Positions 1-8,456 of a DNA stretch of 45,487 nt are shown here, in pieces (position 1 is the first letter of the stretch; every line of letters begins with the position of its first letter). Location: positions 1 to 45,487 of the IMG/VR virus record IMGVR_UViG_3300048574_000442; one strand, given 5' to 3'. The notes beneath the pieces were generated by a model. It saw only the letters and a list, made by a program, of their open reading frames with translations, made no database searches and was not told the DNA's origin. Source of the stretch: a virus. Its lineage: Duplodnaviria > Caudoviricetes. The position numbers and the translations under genes were made by a program.

Positions 1-297
1 TTCATGTTCCCGGAAGCGTGTACTGGTAGATACAATCTTTTTCCGTGACTGTATATTCAACTCCGGTTGATCAGATAACCATAAAAAAACAGCATCAGGC
101 TCAGATGGAATCTCATCATTTCCATTTAGGATATCTTCCATTAACTTAGTCGTGATTACCGTTTTGCCCGATCCAGTAGGTGATGCAAGAATTACCGCCT
201 GCGGATCACCCTCTCTTACCTCTCGTTTGGCTTGACGCACTCGTTTAACCAACTCTGCAACAGCATCTTCCTGAAATTCTTTGAGTTCTAATTTCAC
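1..297 (-). CDS. res: Type III restriction endonuclease/helicase (Res) subunit, N-terminal part; runs off the left edge
   Basis: Not in the ORF track. Translated by hand from GTG at 297: MKLELKEFQEDAV...VILASPTGSGKT...FLWLSDQPELNIQS (Q-motif, Walker A, motif Ia). RBS GAGGGGG; directly downstream of mod. Confidence 0.88.
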   Translation of the reverse strand, partial: MKLELKEFQEDAVAELVKRVRQAKREVREGDPQAVILASPTGSGKTVITTKLMEDILNGNDEIPSEPDAVFLWLSDQPELNIQSRKKIVSTSTRFREHE

Positions 298-311
298 CTT
301 TATTTAGCCCC
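298..311. repeat. 14-bp inverted repeat, left copy (CTTTATTTAGCCCC), covering the res RBS and spacer
   Basis: Exact reverse complement of GGGGCTAAATAAAG at 2797-2810. Confidence 0.8.
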
Positions 312-314
312 CTC

Positions 315-2603
315 TCACACACTTTGGGTATTTATCTTAAAGTTTTCAAGATAGTTTTTATAAAGTTGAACAACTATAATTTCTTTTGGTAGCTCAGCCT
401 GCATATCATGATATGCACTTTCGGAATTAGTCACTAAAAAGACATAAATTAAATTTTTACGTCCCTCTATCCTTCGGCGGAATTCGTAAAAATGTGTTTC
501 TTGTATCAATATAGCGAAAGGACAATCTTCGGGAGTCAACCATGGCAAGCGCGGATCTACTACTTGGGGACAAATACCTTTGCCCCCTGCCATAATCCAA
601 AGAATTGGTAAAATAGCTTCGAATTGTCTACCTATTGCCACTTCTGTTGGTTCCAGGAAGTCAATTTTAAAATAAGCAAGATTTTCAGAAAAACCCAATG
701 ATAATGGGCGTGTTTCATTTTCCTCTTCTAGTACAGGCCCCAAGATATTAGGAATCTGTTCTTTTATTCTATTGAATACCTTGTTGTCTTGCGTAACAAT
801 AAAAAACTCAGTTACATGATCCGCATTTTCAATTGCTTTAAAATAACTTTCTATCTGTATAACATCCCATAAAATGGATTTCGAGATCTCATCATCAAGA
901 AACCAAGGTGAATTAGCCACAATTTTTGATTGTGGAACGGTTGGAATTAAAGCAACTAATTGTTTACGTTGCGAAAGTGATAATACTTGACCTTCAGTAA
1001 AACCTAATTGTTTTATGGAACGTAGCTTTTCTTTGGTAACTGTTCGGCCTGTAATATATTCACCAGGAAGCGGTGTTTCATCATCTCGTTTACCTTGAAT
1101 AACAAACTTACTACGTGGATAAGTGACCGATCTACAGATACCATGCTTTTCCCAATCGGCATCTCCAGGATGTAAACCTTGCGTAGTAAGTATCTGCGCT
1201 TCATTAACTGATACTTCATTATTTGTTACCATTATGCATTGGCGTTGACCATTATCGGCGGCATTCATCAAATTTATAGCATTCAATGTAGTTCCACTAC
1301 CAGCAAAGAAATCAACAATAATGGCATTTTTACGATATTTAAGAACTGGTTCAATGGAACGAAGAACGGTATACAAAGATTTTGGATAAGGAAATTTGTT
1401 TTTTACAATCATTTCCACAAGGGAACTTCCATATGCACCACCGGCATCTAATTCAGGGGCAACCCATACTGTTTTAGGTGGGGATAGCTCTTCCGCAAGA
1501 AAGAGGTCGAGCCCTCCATCTTTAGGTAACGCAACAATTCTATCCAAGTGACTACCAATTGAATCTAAACCAAAATTCCATCTTCTTTCAATACCATTTT
1601 GATCTATAGGCCAAATTTCAATTTCACCATTATCAACTTCAATATTTCGACTTTCTGGATGAAAATCATCACTTGGAACCTCTCCAATCCTTGTTACTTT
1701 ACCATCTTTAATGTAAATCGGGTAAAACATTGATCTTCGGGCTTCTCGTGTAGAATTATGTCCCCAGCGACGCAACTTACGCGGCGTTGAATTTTCAACT
1801 GTTGTCCGAGCAACTGTTGATAATCCTTTAGGCGTCACAAAGACGGCATATTCATTAGTCTGTGCAAAATTTTTCGTGATATTGCCACGCGGATTATGGA
1901 CAACAGTAACTATTGTTAACTCATAATCAGGGTATATTTCTTCAAGTAAACATATAAGATGCGCTAATTCATTATCATCAATTGCGATTATTAAAGTTCC
2001 ATCACGGCGCAATAAATGTTTCCCCAAAATCAATCTTTTTCTCATCATTGATAACCATTTACTATGACGCCAACTGTCATTTTTATCCACATAATCATTA
2101 TTGTACTTCCAATCTTGAGCACCAGTATTATACGGTGGATCAATATAAATACAGTCTACTTTACCGGAATATAGATACCCCAATAACTGCAGAGCATGGA
2201 AGTTATCAGCTTCAATTAAAATATGGTAAGGCTTGTTAGTGTTATCATTTGTTACTACCCCCATTGGTATTAAAGCTGGGTAGATTGGTTCACCCACGCG
2301 TCGAACGACAGTTAATGCCTCTATTGGTAATTTCTCCTGTTTGTCATCAATATCTTTAACAAGTTCCGCTTGCCCATCATATACTTTTTTAACACGATAA
2401 GTTTCCCCAAGATTCCCAGTTTTCTTAGCAACTGTTGCACCAACTTTTATAGGCACACGAAAAACTGGAACCACTTCGGGCTGGTGCGCTTCAAATACAA
2501 GCCCAAATTTCTTTTTTTCCTTAAGTGCCTTAACTTCTTCTGCAATCGCTTGGCGTAATTCTTGATCTTTTATCTCGGCGATCTTATCTTCTATATGGGC
2601 CAC
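315..2603 (-). CDS. mod: Type III R-M DNA adenine methyltransferase (Mod)
   Basis: IYIDPPYNTG catalytic motif precedes the DFFAGSGTT SAM-binding motif (beta class). KFGLVFE N-terminal motif; followed by a Res helicase. Confidence 0.92.
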   Translation of the reverse strand: MAHIEDKIAEIKDQELRQAIAEEVKALKEKKKFGLVFEAHQPEVVPVFRVPIKVGATVAKKTGNLGETYRVKKVYDGQAELVKDIDDKQEKLPIEALTVVRRVGEPIYPALIPMGVVTNDNTNKPYHILIEADNFHALQLLGYLYSGKVDCIYIDPPYNTGAQDWKYNNDYVDKNDSWRHSKWLSMMRKRLILGKHLLRRDGTLIIAIDDNELAHLICLLEEIYPDYELTIVTVVHNPRGNITKNFAQTNEYAVFVTPKGLSTVARTTVENSTPRKLRRWGHNSTREARRSMFYPIYIKDGKVTRIGEVPSDDFHPESRNIEVDNGEIEIWPIDQNGIERRWNFGLDSIGSHLDRIVALPKDGGLDLFLAEELSPPKTVWVAPELDAGGAYGSSLVEMIVKNKFPYPKSLYTVLRSIEPVLKYRKNAIIVDFFAGSGTTLNAINLMNAADNGQRQCIMVTNNEVSVNEAQILTTQGLHPGDADWEKHGICRSVTYPRSKFVIQGKRDDETPLPGEYITGRTVTKEKLRSIKQLGFTEGQVLSLSQRKQLVALIPTVPQSKIVANSPWFLDDEISKSILWDVIQIESYFKAIENADHVTEFFIVTQDNKVFNRIKEQIPNILGPVLEEENETRPLSLGFSENLAYFKIDFLEPTEVAIGRQFEAILPILWIMAGGKGICPQVVDPRLPWLTPEDCPFAILIQETHFYEFRRRIEGRKNLIYVFLVTNSESAYHDMQAELPKEIIVVQLYKNYLENFKINTQSV

Positions 2604-2788
2604 TTTATTACTCCTTCTAGTAACTTTGTAAAATTAATGGTAAGTGGACATAAGTTCTCCTTTATTTTTATCGTTAGTTAAACAGAAATGCTTTATAGCT
2701 TTTGTAACCTTTTTCCATTTTTTTAAAAAATTTAGTTGATATATGGAAAGGATTGTTAAAATTTGAAAAATTAAATAAACGAAAATAA

Positions 2789-2820
2789 TAAAAAGCGGGG
2801 CTAAATAAAGCACCGCCTTT
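2789..2820 (-). terminator. Intrinsic terminator after the three small genes; contains the right copy of the 14-bp inverted repeat (2797-2810)
   Basis: Minus strand reads AAAGGCGGTGC-TTTATTTA-GCCCCGC-TTTTT. Confidence 0.65.
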
Positions 2821-2868
2821 CATCACCTGTTAAACTATTAAATAAATTAGTCAAAATAACTATTTTAA

Positions 2869-3117
2869 CTAACCGATGTAATCCTTATCGGTTTCATTAG
2901 TTACAATGACCGGTTTTTCAAATTCCCCAATCGTTTCAAGCTCACATAATTTAGAATAATAAAGTTCCGCTTCTTCCTGCATCATCGGCACACCAAGCGT
3001 AACACAATGAATATTATTATCGATTTTAAGAAATATACATTTAATGCCCGATTTCATCAGTTCTTTTAAACTTGGGGAATCCGGTTCTTCACCTGGTTGA
3101 TGTACGATTATGGCCAT
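2869..3117 (-). CDS. Hypothetical protein
   Basis: 82-aa ORF with strong RBS (AAGGAGG); third gene of a small operon. Confidence 0.7.
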   Translation of the reverse strand: MAIIVHQPGEEPDSPSLKELMKSGIKCIFLKIDNNIHCVTLGVPMMQEEAELYYSKLCELETIGEFEKPVIVTNETDKDYIG

Positions 3118-3133
3118 TCCCTTTACCTCCTTA

Positions 3134-3439
3134 TCAATTTACACTTGAAGCGTATAAAATAAGCTTAAACGCCATGTAAAACCCTTTTTTAACAGCAATA
3201 TCAAAACCAATTCCGAAATACTGGCCGCGCAAATCTTGCAATTCCAATAAAAGATCATGCGTTTTAATCGTTCCGTTTTTGGTTTCTATTATTTCCGGCA
3301 AAGATTCCAAGACGGCAAAGATTTCATTGGTTCGTCTCATATTCGTGGCATATTTCCAGCTAATCTTTTCGAAATCGATAGTATCGATTTCATCTTCTAG
3401 AAGGTCTTCTACTGCTCGAATAAACGGGCCTTTCGGCAT
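3134..3439 (-). CDS. Small helical protein (DUF6809-like), paralogue of 3453-3731
   Basis: RBS AGGAGG. Shares IDxxDFxxxSxxY and IAxxKGFxxxxKLIL with the upstream ORF. Confidence 0.65.
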   Translation of the reverse strand: MPKGPFIRAVEDLLEDEIDTIDFEKISWKYATNMRRTNEIFAVLESLPEIIETKNGTIKTHDLLLELQDLRGQYFGIGFDIAVKKGFYMAFKLILYASSVN

Positions 3440-3452
3440 TTTCTTGTCCTCC

Positions 3453-3731
3453 TTATGAAATAGAATGAAGGTGTAATATAAGCTTTACACCTTCCGCAAA
3501 TCCCTTTTGATATGCTATTTCTACCGCTACAGTTAATCGGTTTCCGTGTTCATCATCCAGTTTACGAAATTTTTTCTGTTCATCCTCAGATAATAGTAGT
3601 TTAAGAGAATCATATAGTCTTTCAATTTCAATTGCAGTTTTGCGATATTCAAATGATACCGCAGAAAAATCCAAACTGTCGATTCGTTCTTTTAAAAAAG
3701 CTTGTAAATCACTTATGAAAAGCTCTTCCAT
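3453..3731 (-). CDS. Small helical protein (DUF6809-like)
   Basis: RBS AAGGAG. C-terminal EIAYQKGFAEGVKLI motif is typical of small Bacillota mobile-element proteins. Confidence 0.7.
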   Translation of the reverse strand: MEELFISDLQAFLKERIDSLDFSAVSFEYRKTAIEIERLYDSLKLLLSEDEQKKFRKLDDEHGNRLTVAVEIAYQKGFAEGVKLILHLHSIS

Positions 3732-3801
3732 TTGGTCTCTCTCCTTTTCTTCAGTATTGAATGGTGTTGAAAGGTGTTACACCATGAAGTCGATTATACC
3801 A

Positions 3802-3832
3802 ATATTGATTCTAAAATTCAATATGATATAAT
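3802..3832 (+). promoter_or_regulatory. Sigma-A-type promoter with overlapping inverted repeat, probably giving a leaderless RHH transcript
   Basis: TTGATT(3805)-16 nt-TATAAT(3827) with extended TG. Inverted repeat ATATTGA/TCAATAT at 3802-3824. ATG starts 7 nt after the -10 with no RBS. Confidence 0.55.
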
Positions 3833-3838
3833 CTTATT

Positions 3839-3988
3839 ATGGTGATTGGAAAAGATAAAAAACGTGTGATGATAACGATGTCAATGGACTTATATGATCA
3901 GCTTCTGAAAGAAGCCAATCATGACAATAGATCGTTGTCAAATTATGTTGTTGACATACTTATAAACAGAAAAAAAATCAAGAAATAA
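3839..3988 (+). CDS. Ribbon-helix-helix (CopG/Arc-like) protein, 49 aa
   Basis: Below the ORF-track cutoff. MVIGKDKKRVMITMSMDLYDQLLKEANHDNRSLSNYVVDILINRKKIKK has a beta-strand, a helix and the RSLSNYV helix motif. Confidence 0.8.
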   Translation: MVIGKDKKRVMITMSMDLYDQLLKEANHDNRSLSNYVVDILINRKKIKK

Positions 3989-4014
3989 ATGGAATTCCAT
4001 GTCTGAAAAACCAG

Positions 4015-4041
4015 AAACCGCCTCTTTTGAGACGGTTTTTT
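4015..4041 (+). terminator. Intrinsic terminator
   Basis: AAACCGCCTC-TTTT-GAGACGGTTT followed by a T-run. Confidence 0.7.
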
Positions 4042-4212
4042 GTTCCTTTCAGTGCTAAAGGCTTAATATTTACCAAAAAATTTTTGCTTTAAAAGAAGGA
4101 GAAGGACTAGCAGTATAAAAAAATTTAAATATTATGGTTAATTAACCACTGTTTTAATGCCGGAATTGCTATTGCAACGTTTTAATTAAGCACGGTTTAG
4201 GAGTAAGAGTTT

Positions 4213-4713
4213 TTGGATACAGAAACTATTCGAAAAGGCTTCAGGCCGAATAAAATTAAAATTCTATTAATTGGAGAATCGGCTCCAGTTGGTGGATCTT
4301 TTTTTTATATGGTGGACACCTTAACTCATTACACTCATCAAGCCTTTAATAATGTTTTTGAAGAAACCCAAAGGTTAAATGAAAGGGAGTTTTTGAATTT
4401 TTTTAAAGATAAGGGTTTCTATTTAGACGATCTTTGTTTAATCCCCACAAATAAATCTAATGAATCCTTTAGAAATCAAGTATATGAGGATAGCATTGAT
4501 TCGTTGGCAACCCGGCTCTTGGAATATAGGCCGCAAGTTATTATTGTATTTCTCAAAAGGATAGTTGGCCCAATTAATGAAGCGATTCAGAAGGTTGATT
4601 TAGGGGAATATTTTTATTACAATATTCCTTTCGGGGGAATGGGGCACCAACTCAAGTTTATTAGTCAACTCGCTGAAATTCTAGATGAATTAACCAAACT
4701 AAAAATAATCTAG
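4213..4713 (+). CDS. Uracil-DNA glycosylase superfamily-like protein
   Basis: KILLIGESAP..FFY resembles UDG motif A; FYLDDL..P and RPQVIIV strands; C-terminal PFGGMGHQ. RBS AGGAG with TTG start. Confidence 0.6.
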   Translation: MDTETIRKGFRPNKIKILLIGESAPVGGSFFYMVDTLTHYTHQAFNNVFEETQRLNEREFLNFFKDKGFYLDDLCLIPTNKSNESFRNQVYEDSIDSLATRLLEYRPQVIIVFLKRIVGPINEAIQKVDLGEYFYYNIPFGGMGHQLKFISQLAEILDELTKLKII

Positions 4714-4783
4714 CAAGAGCAAAGCCTAGCTAAATTCGGCTCCCTGTCTATCGTTATATAATGCTATACAATATATTGTAAAA

Positions 4784-4813
4784 GAAGGATTAAACATGGA
4801 AGAAATCGAATAT
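4784..4813 (+). promoter_or_regulatory. Putative sigma-H-type promoter of the DUF262 gene
   Basis: GAAGGATT...GAATAT, with AGGA(4786)-18 nt-GAAT(4808), matches the Bacillota sigma-H consensus. Confidence 0.4.
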
Positions 4814-4878
4814 TAATTTTTAAAATAATAGGTACTATTGACTCCGCGAAGAGGTAAAACAAAGCGGGAGGAATCTAT

Positions 4879-6648
4879 ATGAAAGCTGAAGCAATGTCAT
4901 TCACTTTTTTGGGAAATGAAGGAATGGTTAAAATACCATTTTTCCAGCGGGGATATGTTTGGGATAAAGAAAACTGGGGAGAGTTATTAAATGATCTTTT
5001 AAATGAAACAAAGAGCCATTTTCTAGGTTCATTAATATTAAAGCAACAAGAAAAACAAAGCGGCAAACCCAAAGAAGTTCTCGTAATTGATGGACAGCAA
5101 AGACTTACTACTCTTAGTATTTTAATAAAGGCGTTATACGATACTTTTTCAAATGAAACAAAAAAGAATTGCGAGAATGCAATTTATACATATTTATTTT
5201 ATAAGAAAAATCAAACGGATAGTGAGTATTGTATTAAAATTCAGCATTCGCATATCGATACCAATTATTATCAAAAAGTTATTGAATCAAAAATTGATGA
5301 GCTTACTTTTCAATCAATAAATGACTCTAGTAACAAAATACTTCAATGTTATAAGTATTTTGTTGAAGAATTGGAAAATAAATCCGAACACGAAAAGAAA
5401 AGCCTTTTTAATAGAATTTTAGATACGGAAAATAAAATTTTAGTTATTATTGATTTATCCGAAAAAGAAGACGAGCAAGCGATCTTTGACACGATAAACA
5501 GTTCAGGAGTGAGATTAAGTGGCGCTGACATAGTTAAAAACGCTTTATTTCAAAAAGCTATTGAGCTTTTTGACAATCAGGATGAAGCTATAACTTTATA
5601 TAAAAATAATTGGGAAAAGATATTTATTGTTGATGAAGAAACAATCAGATTTTGGGATACCCAACGATCGACAGGTAGATTAAAGCGGGATAATATTGAA
5701 ATATTATTACATAGTATAGCAGTAATAGAAGGTTTTTTTGATCCAGATATTAATACATTATCAGAATTACCAAGTTTGTATAAGAAACGAATTTCAATAT
5801 TAAACGATAAAGGGCAACTAATAAAGTTCATCGAAGAAATTAAAGATTATGCCGAACTTTACAGGGATAAAATACTCTCATTTGATAAAAGCACCTTGTT
5901 TTCATTTAGTGATGGCATTCAAAGAATTTTTCACATATTAGAGGTATTAGAAATATCAACTTTTCATCCATATATTCTTTTCTTGTTAAAAAAGTATAAA
6001 AACGATGAAAATATGCTATCTAATAACCTACTTAAATTAGAAAAGTTTATCGTTCGAAGAATGGTGTCAAATCAAGAAACAAAAAGCTATAACAAGATTT
6101 GCAAAGAATTTATTGTGGATGAAAATCTAATTAATGAAAAAATAAATGAAGTTGATGATAATCAAATTTCACTTGGGTTGCAATCTATTCCGAATAAAAA
6201 TGCAGCGCTTTTACTATTCTGGGTAGAACTTTATAGACGACATAAAGATAATAAATTCGATGTTAAAGAATTACAATACAATTATTCATTAGAGCATATA
6301 ATGCCGCAAAAATGGGAGGAATATTGGACGAATATCCCGGAAAAGAAAAATACTAATGGTTCAATAATGGCTGATGAGGAAGCAAAAAAAGATCGGTATA
6401 ATAAAATATATTGGATTGGCAATATGACATTGTTAACAACCTCTTTAAACTCTTCTTTACGTAATTACGTTTATGAAAAAAAGATAAATGGTGATGGAAG
6501 AAAAAAAGGAATGAAAGCTTATGCCGCACTTTCTATAACCAGAGATGACATTATTTCTAAATTTGAAAACGGCGATTTGGTTTGGGATGAAGACAGAATA
6601 ATTAAACGAACTAATGATCTTACAAGTGAGATTAAACAAATTTGGTAA
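4879..6648 (+). CDS. DUF262 + DUF1524 (GmrSD/SspE-like) putative modification-dependent nuclease
   Basis: IPFFQRGYVW, VIDGQQRLTT and IFDTINSSG (DUF262). SLEHIMPQ and IGNMTLL..NSSLRN (HNH-type DUF1524). Confidence 0.9.
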   Translation: MKAEAMSFTFLGNEGMVKIPFFQRGYVWDKENWGELLNDLLNETKSHFLGSLILKQQEKQSGKPKEVLVIDGQQRLTTLSILIKALYDTFSNETKKNCENAIYTYLFYKKNQTDSEYCIKIQHSHIDTNYYQKVIESKIDELTFQSINDSSNKILQCYKYFVEELENKSEHEKKSLFNRILDTENKILVIIDLSEKEDEQAIFDTINSSGVRLSGADIVKNALFQKAIELFDNQDEAITLYKNNWEKIFIVDEETIRFWDTQRSTGRLKRDNIEILLHSIAVIEGFFDPDINTLSELPSLYKKRISILNDKGQLIKFIEEIKDYAELYRDKILSFDKSTLFSFSDGIQRIFHILEVLEISTFHPYILFLLKKYKNDENMLSNNLLKLEKFIVRRMVSNQETKSYNKICKEFIVDENLINEKINEVDDNQISLGLQSIPNKNAALLLFWVELYRRHKDNKFDVKELQYNYSLEHIMPQKWEEYWTNIPEKKNTNGSIMADEEAKKDRYNKIYWIGNMTLLTTSLNSSLRNYVYEKKINGDGRKKGMKAYAALSITRDDIISKFENGDLVWDEDRIIKRTNDLTSEIKQIW

Positions 6649-6657
6649 TCCTTTAAT

Positions 6658-7233
6658 TTAGAACCTAATCCCAAACGTTAAATTTACTTCACTGGTTATG
6701 GCGTCCTTGTTCTTTTCGATTTCACCACTAATACCGTAATAAAAATTGCCAAGCGACTTTTGATACCTAAGCCCAACTATCGGGTAAATATTACCCCAAT
6801 CACTCTTAACCCCTGCATATGCACGCCATTTCTTTTCTGCCGGTACTTGCACAACTGAAACCCCCGAAAATTGGGTGTCGACTTTCAGATCGTCCGGGCC
6901 GACATTAACGGTCGTCACTCCGCTTAATTGAGTATCGACTTTTCCCATATTTGAATCCGTTTCCAGCTTCCCGGACACCGGAACCTTATATTCCCCAAGA
7001 GCCAGCGCTGACTTTTCCGGGGTTTTAAGGGCCGTTTTTTGGGATAAGGTAAAATTATATGCGCCAATCTTTCCCGGCTGTTTTGGGGCCGAATCCGGGC
7101 TGATTTTCAGGGTTCCGGAAAGTTGTCCGATGTTTTTTATCACCTCCGGCTTGGTCTTTGAATGAGGGAAAAAAATAATCGCCAGGATTGCCCCGGCGAT
7201 TAGTCCAATTATAAAAATATATAGTTTTTTCAT
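6658..7233 (-). CDS. Membrane-anchored lysis-module protein with C-terminal beta-strands (spanin-like candidate)
   Basis: N-terminal hydrophobic helix; alternating aromatic/Gly strands ending ...LTFGIRF; coupled to the holin by an ATGA overlap. Confidence 0.55.
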   Translation of the reverse strand: MKKLYIFIIGLIAGAILAIIFFPHSKTKPEVIKNIGQLSGTLKISPDSAPKQPGKIGAYNFTLSQKTALKTPEKSALALGEYKVPVSGKLETDSNMGKVDTQLSGVTTVNVGPDDLKVDTQFSGVSVVQVPAEKKWRAYAGVKSDWGNIYPIVGLRYQKSLGNFYYGISGEIEKNKDAITSEVNLTFGIRF

Positions 7234-7451
7234 TTTGGAGGTTCCCCCCGTGTCCCGGAAACATTTTCTTTCGAAACCGTCAACACATGAAACACAAACA
7301 TAAACCCGCCGCCACCCGTTAAAGCCCCAATAATCGCGGCGGCATTTTCCCGATAAGCAAATAGATTACCGATCACAATCGCTGTGATTAAAAGCCCAAG
7401 CCAAATCAAGGCGATAACCAAAATTTTGGTACGGGTTCTGGTTTTCCACAT
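7230..7451 (-). CDS. Putative holin (two TM helices)
   Basis: Likely start MWKTRTRTK at 7451 after GGAGGTG; two hydrophobic segments; adjacent to the endolysin. Confidence 0.65.
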   Translation of the reverse strand: MWKTRTRTKILVIALIWLGLLITAIVIGNLFAYRENAAAIIGALTGGGGFMFVFHVLTVSKENVSGTRGEPPK

Positions 7452-8020
7452 CACCAACACCTCCCCGGCGTCCAGTCTTCCGGGCATGGGTTGGAAATAT
7501 TGGTATAAGGCTTAAACATCATTGGAACCAAATCCATATGAACAAACGCCCCACCATAAGCTTTCCACCCGGTCCGCGCCATCGGGAACTTCAAATCCAA
7601 GCTGACTTTTCGGATCAGCGTCGCAAAATCTCCGGCCTTATAAGGATACGGAATCGCCAAATCCATCGCGGCTCCGTAAGTATGCGGTGCATGACTTGGG
7701 GCCGCCACTTTCCCGGAAGGGTTACCACCGTTGGCGCGGATATCCTGCTCATATAACCGCGCTTGTTTCTCGATGGTACGATAACCGGAATTGATCTTGA
7801 TAGGCCGGTTCACGGTCGCGCGCAGTTTTTCAAACAGATCGATCAATGGTTCAAAGATGATCGGCTGGATGTCGGCGCGTAACACCCCGGCATCGTCGTG
7901 TTCCCCGAATTCGTAAAAAAAGATGTGCGGGGAAATGCATTTACAACCGTCCACAATGAAAAACGGAACCTCTTGGCGGGTTCCGTCGCGTTTGATTAAG
8001 TTATAAGTGTCAATCATCAA
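7451..8020 (-). CDS. Endolysin, peptidase M15 family
   Basis: INSGYR..Q, SHAPHTYGAAMDL and FVHMD zinc-peptidase motifs; located in the lysis module. Confidence 0.85.
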   Translation of the reverse strand: MMIDTYNLIKRDGTRQEVPFFIVDGCKCISPHIFFYEFGEHDDAGVLRADIQPIIFEPLIDLFEKLRATVNRPIKINSGYRTIEKQARLYEQDIRANGGNPSGKVAAPSHAPHTYGAAMDLAIPYPYKAGDFATLIRKVSLDLKFPMARTGWKAYGGAFVHMDLVPMMFKPYTNISNPCPEDWTPGRCW

Positions 8021-8073
8021 TTGGTCCTCCCATTTTTATAGTTGCATCCGGAACTACTTGCGGCAAAGGGTCT

Positions 8074-8418
8074 TCATTGTTTAATCAAGTTCAACAACTT
8101 TGCTATTAATATCGATAACTTTTGAACTACCGGGCTGCATATCGCCCCAATAAAAAGTAAAATCGGCACTTTGCCGATTTCCCAAGCCTTATCCCAAAAT
8201 GATTTCTTAACCCGCTCCTCCCCCTTCTCTTCCCCGGATTCCTTGGCGCGGTCCAGTTTAATTTCAAGAATATCCTTTTCGTGCCGCGCCACCGACCCAT
8301 TGAGGCGATCCAGGCGGCTATTTATTCCTTTGGTCTCCGCCTTGAGTTCGCCCACATCCTCTTTCAATTCACCGAGAATCTTAAATATTTGCTGCTCCAT
8401 GGCCCCGTTCAAACTCAA
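8074..8418 (-). CDS. Coiled-coil + C-terminal TM protein (XhlA/holin-like)
   Basis: Heptad region (RLDRLNGSVARHE) then a hydrophobic helix; upstream of the endolysin. Confidence 0.6.
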   Translation of the reverse strand: MSLNGAMEQQIFKILGELKEDVGELKAETKGINSRLDRLNGSVARHEKDILEIKLDRAKESGEEKGEERVKKSFWDKAWEIGKVPILLFIGAICSPVVQKLSILIAKLLNLIKQ

Positions 8419-8456
8419 GCTTCCCCCCCCTTTATTGAAATTTTACGGCTCGAATT

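Noticed and set aside
2505-2525. Phase-variable simple repeat in mod
   Set aside because: Only a short A-run encoding KKK in an AT-rich gene; too short to indicate slippage.
4750-4765. Integron attC-like core (GTTATAT) between the defence genes
   Set aside because: No matching inverse core or palindromic attC structure and no integron integrase.
2604-4878. attL site of the prophage
   Set aside because: The partner att would lie beyond the integrase, outside the window, and no tRNA 3' fragment is recognisable, so no boundary can be supported.
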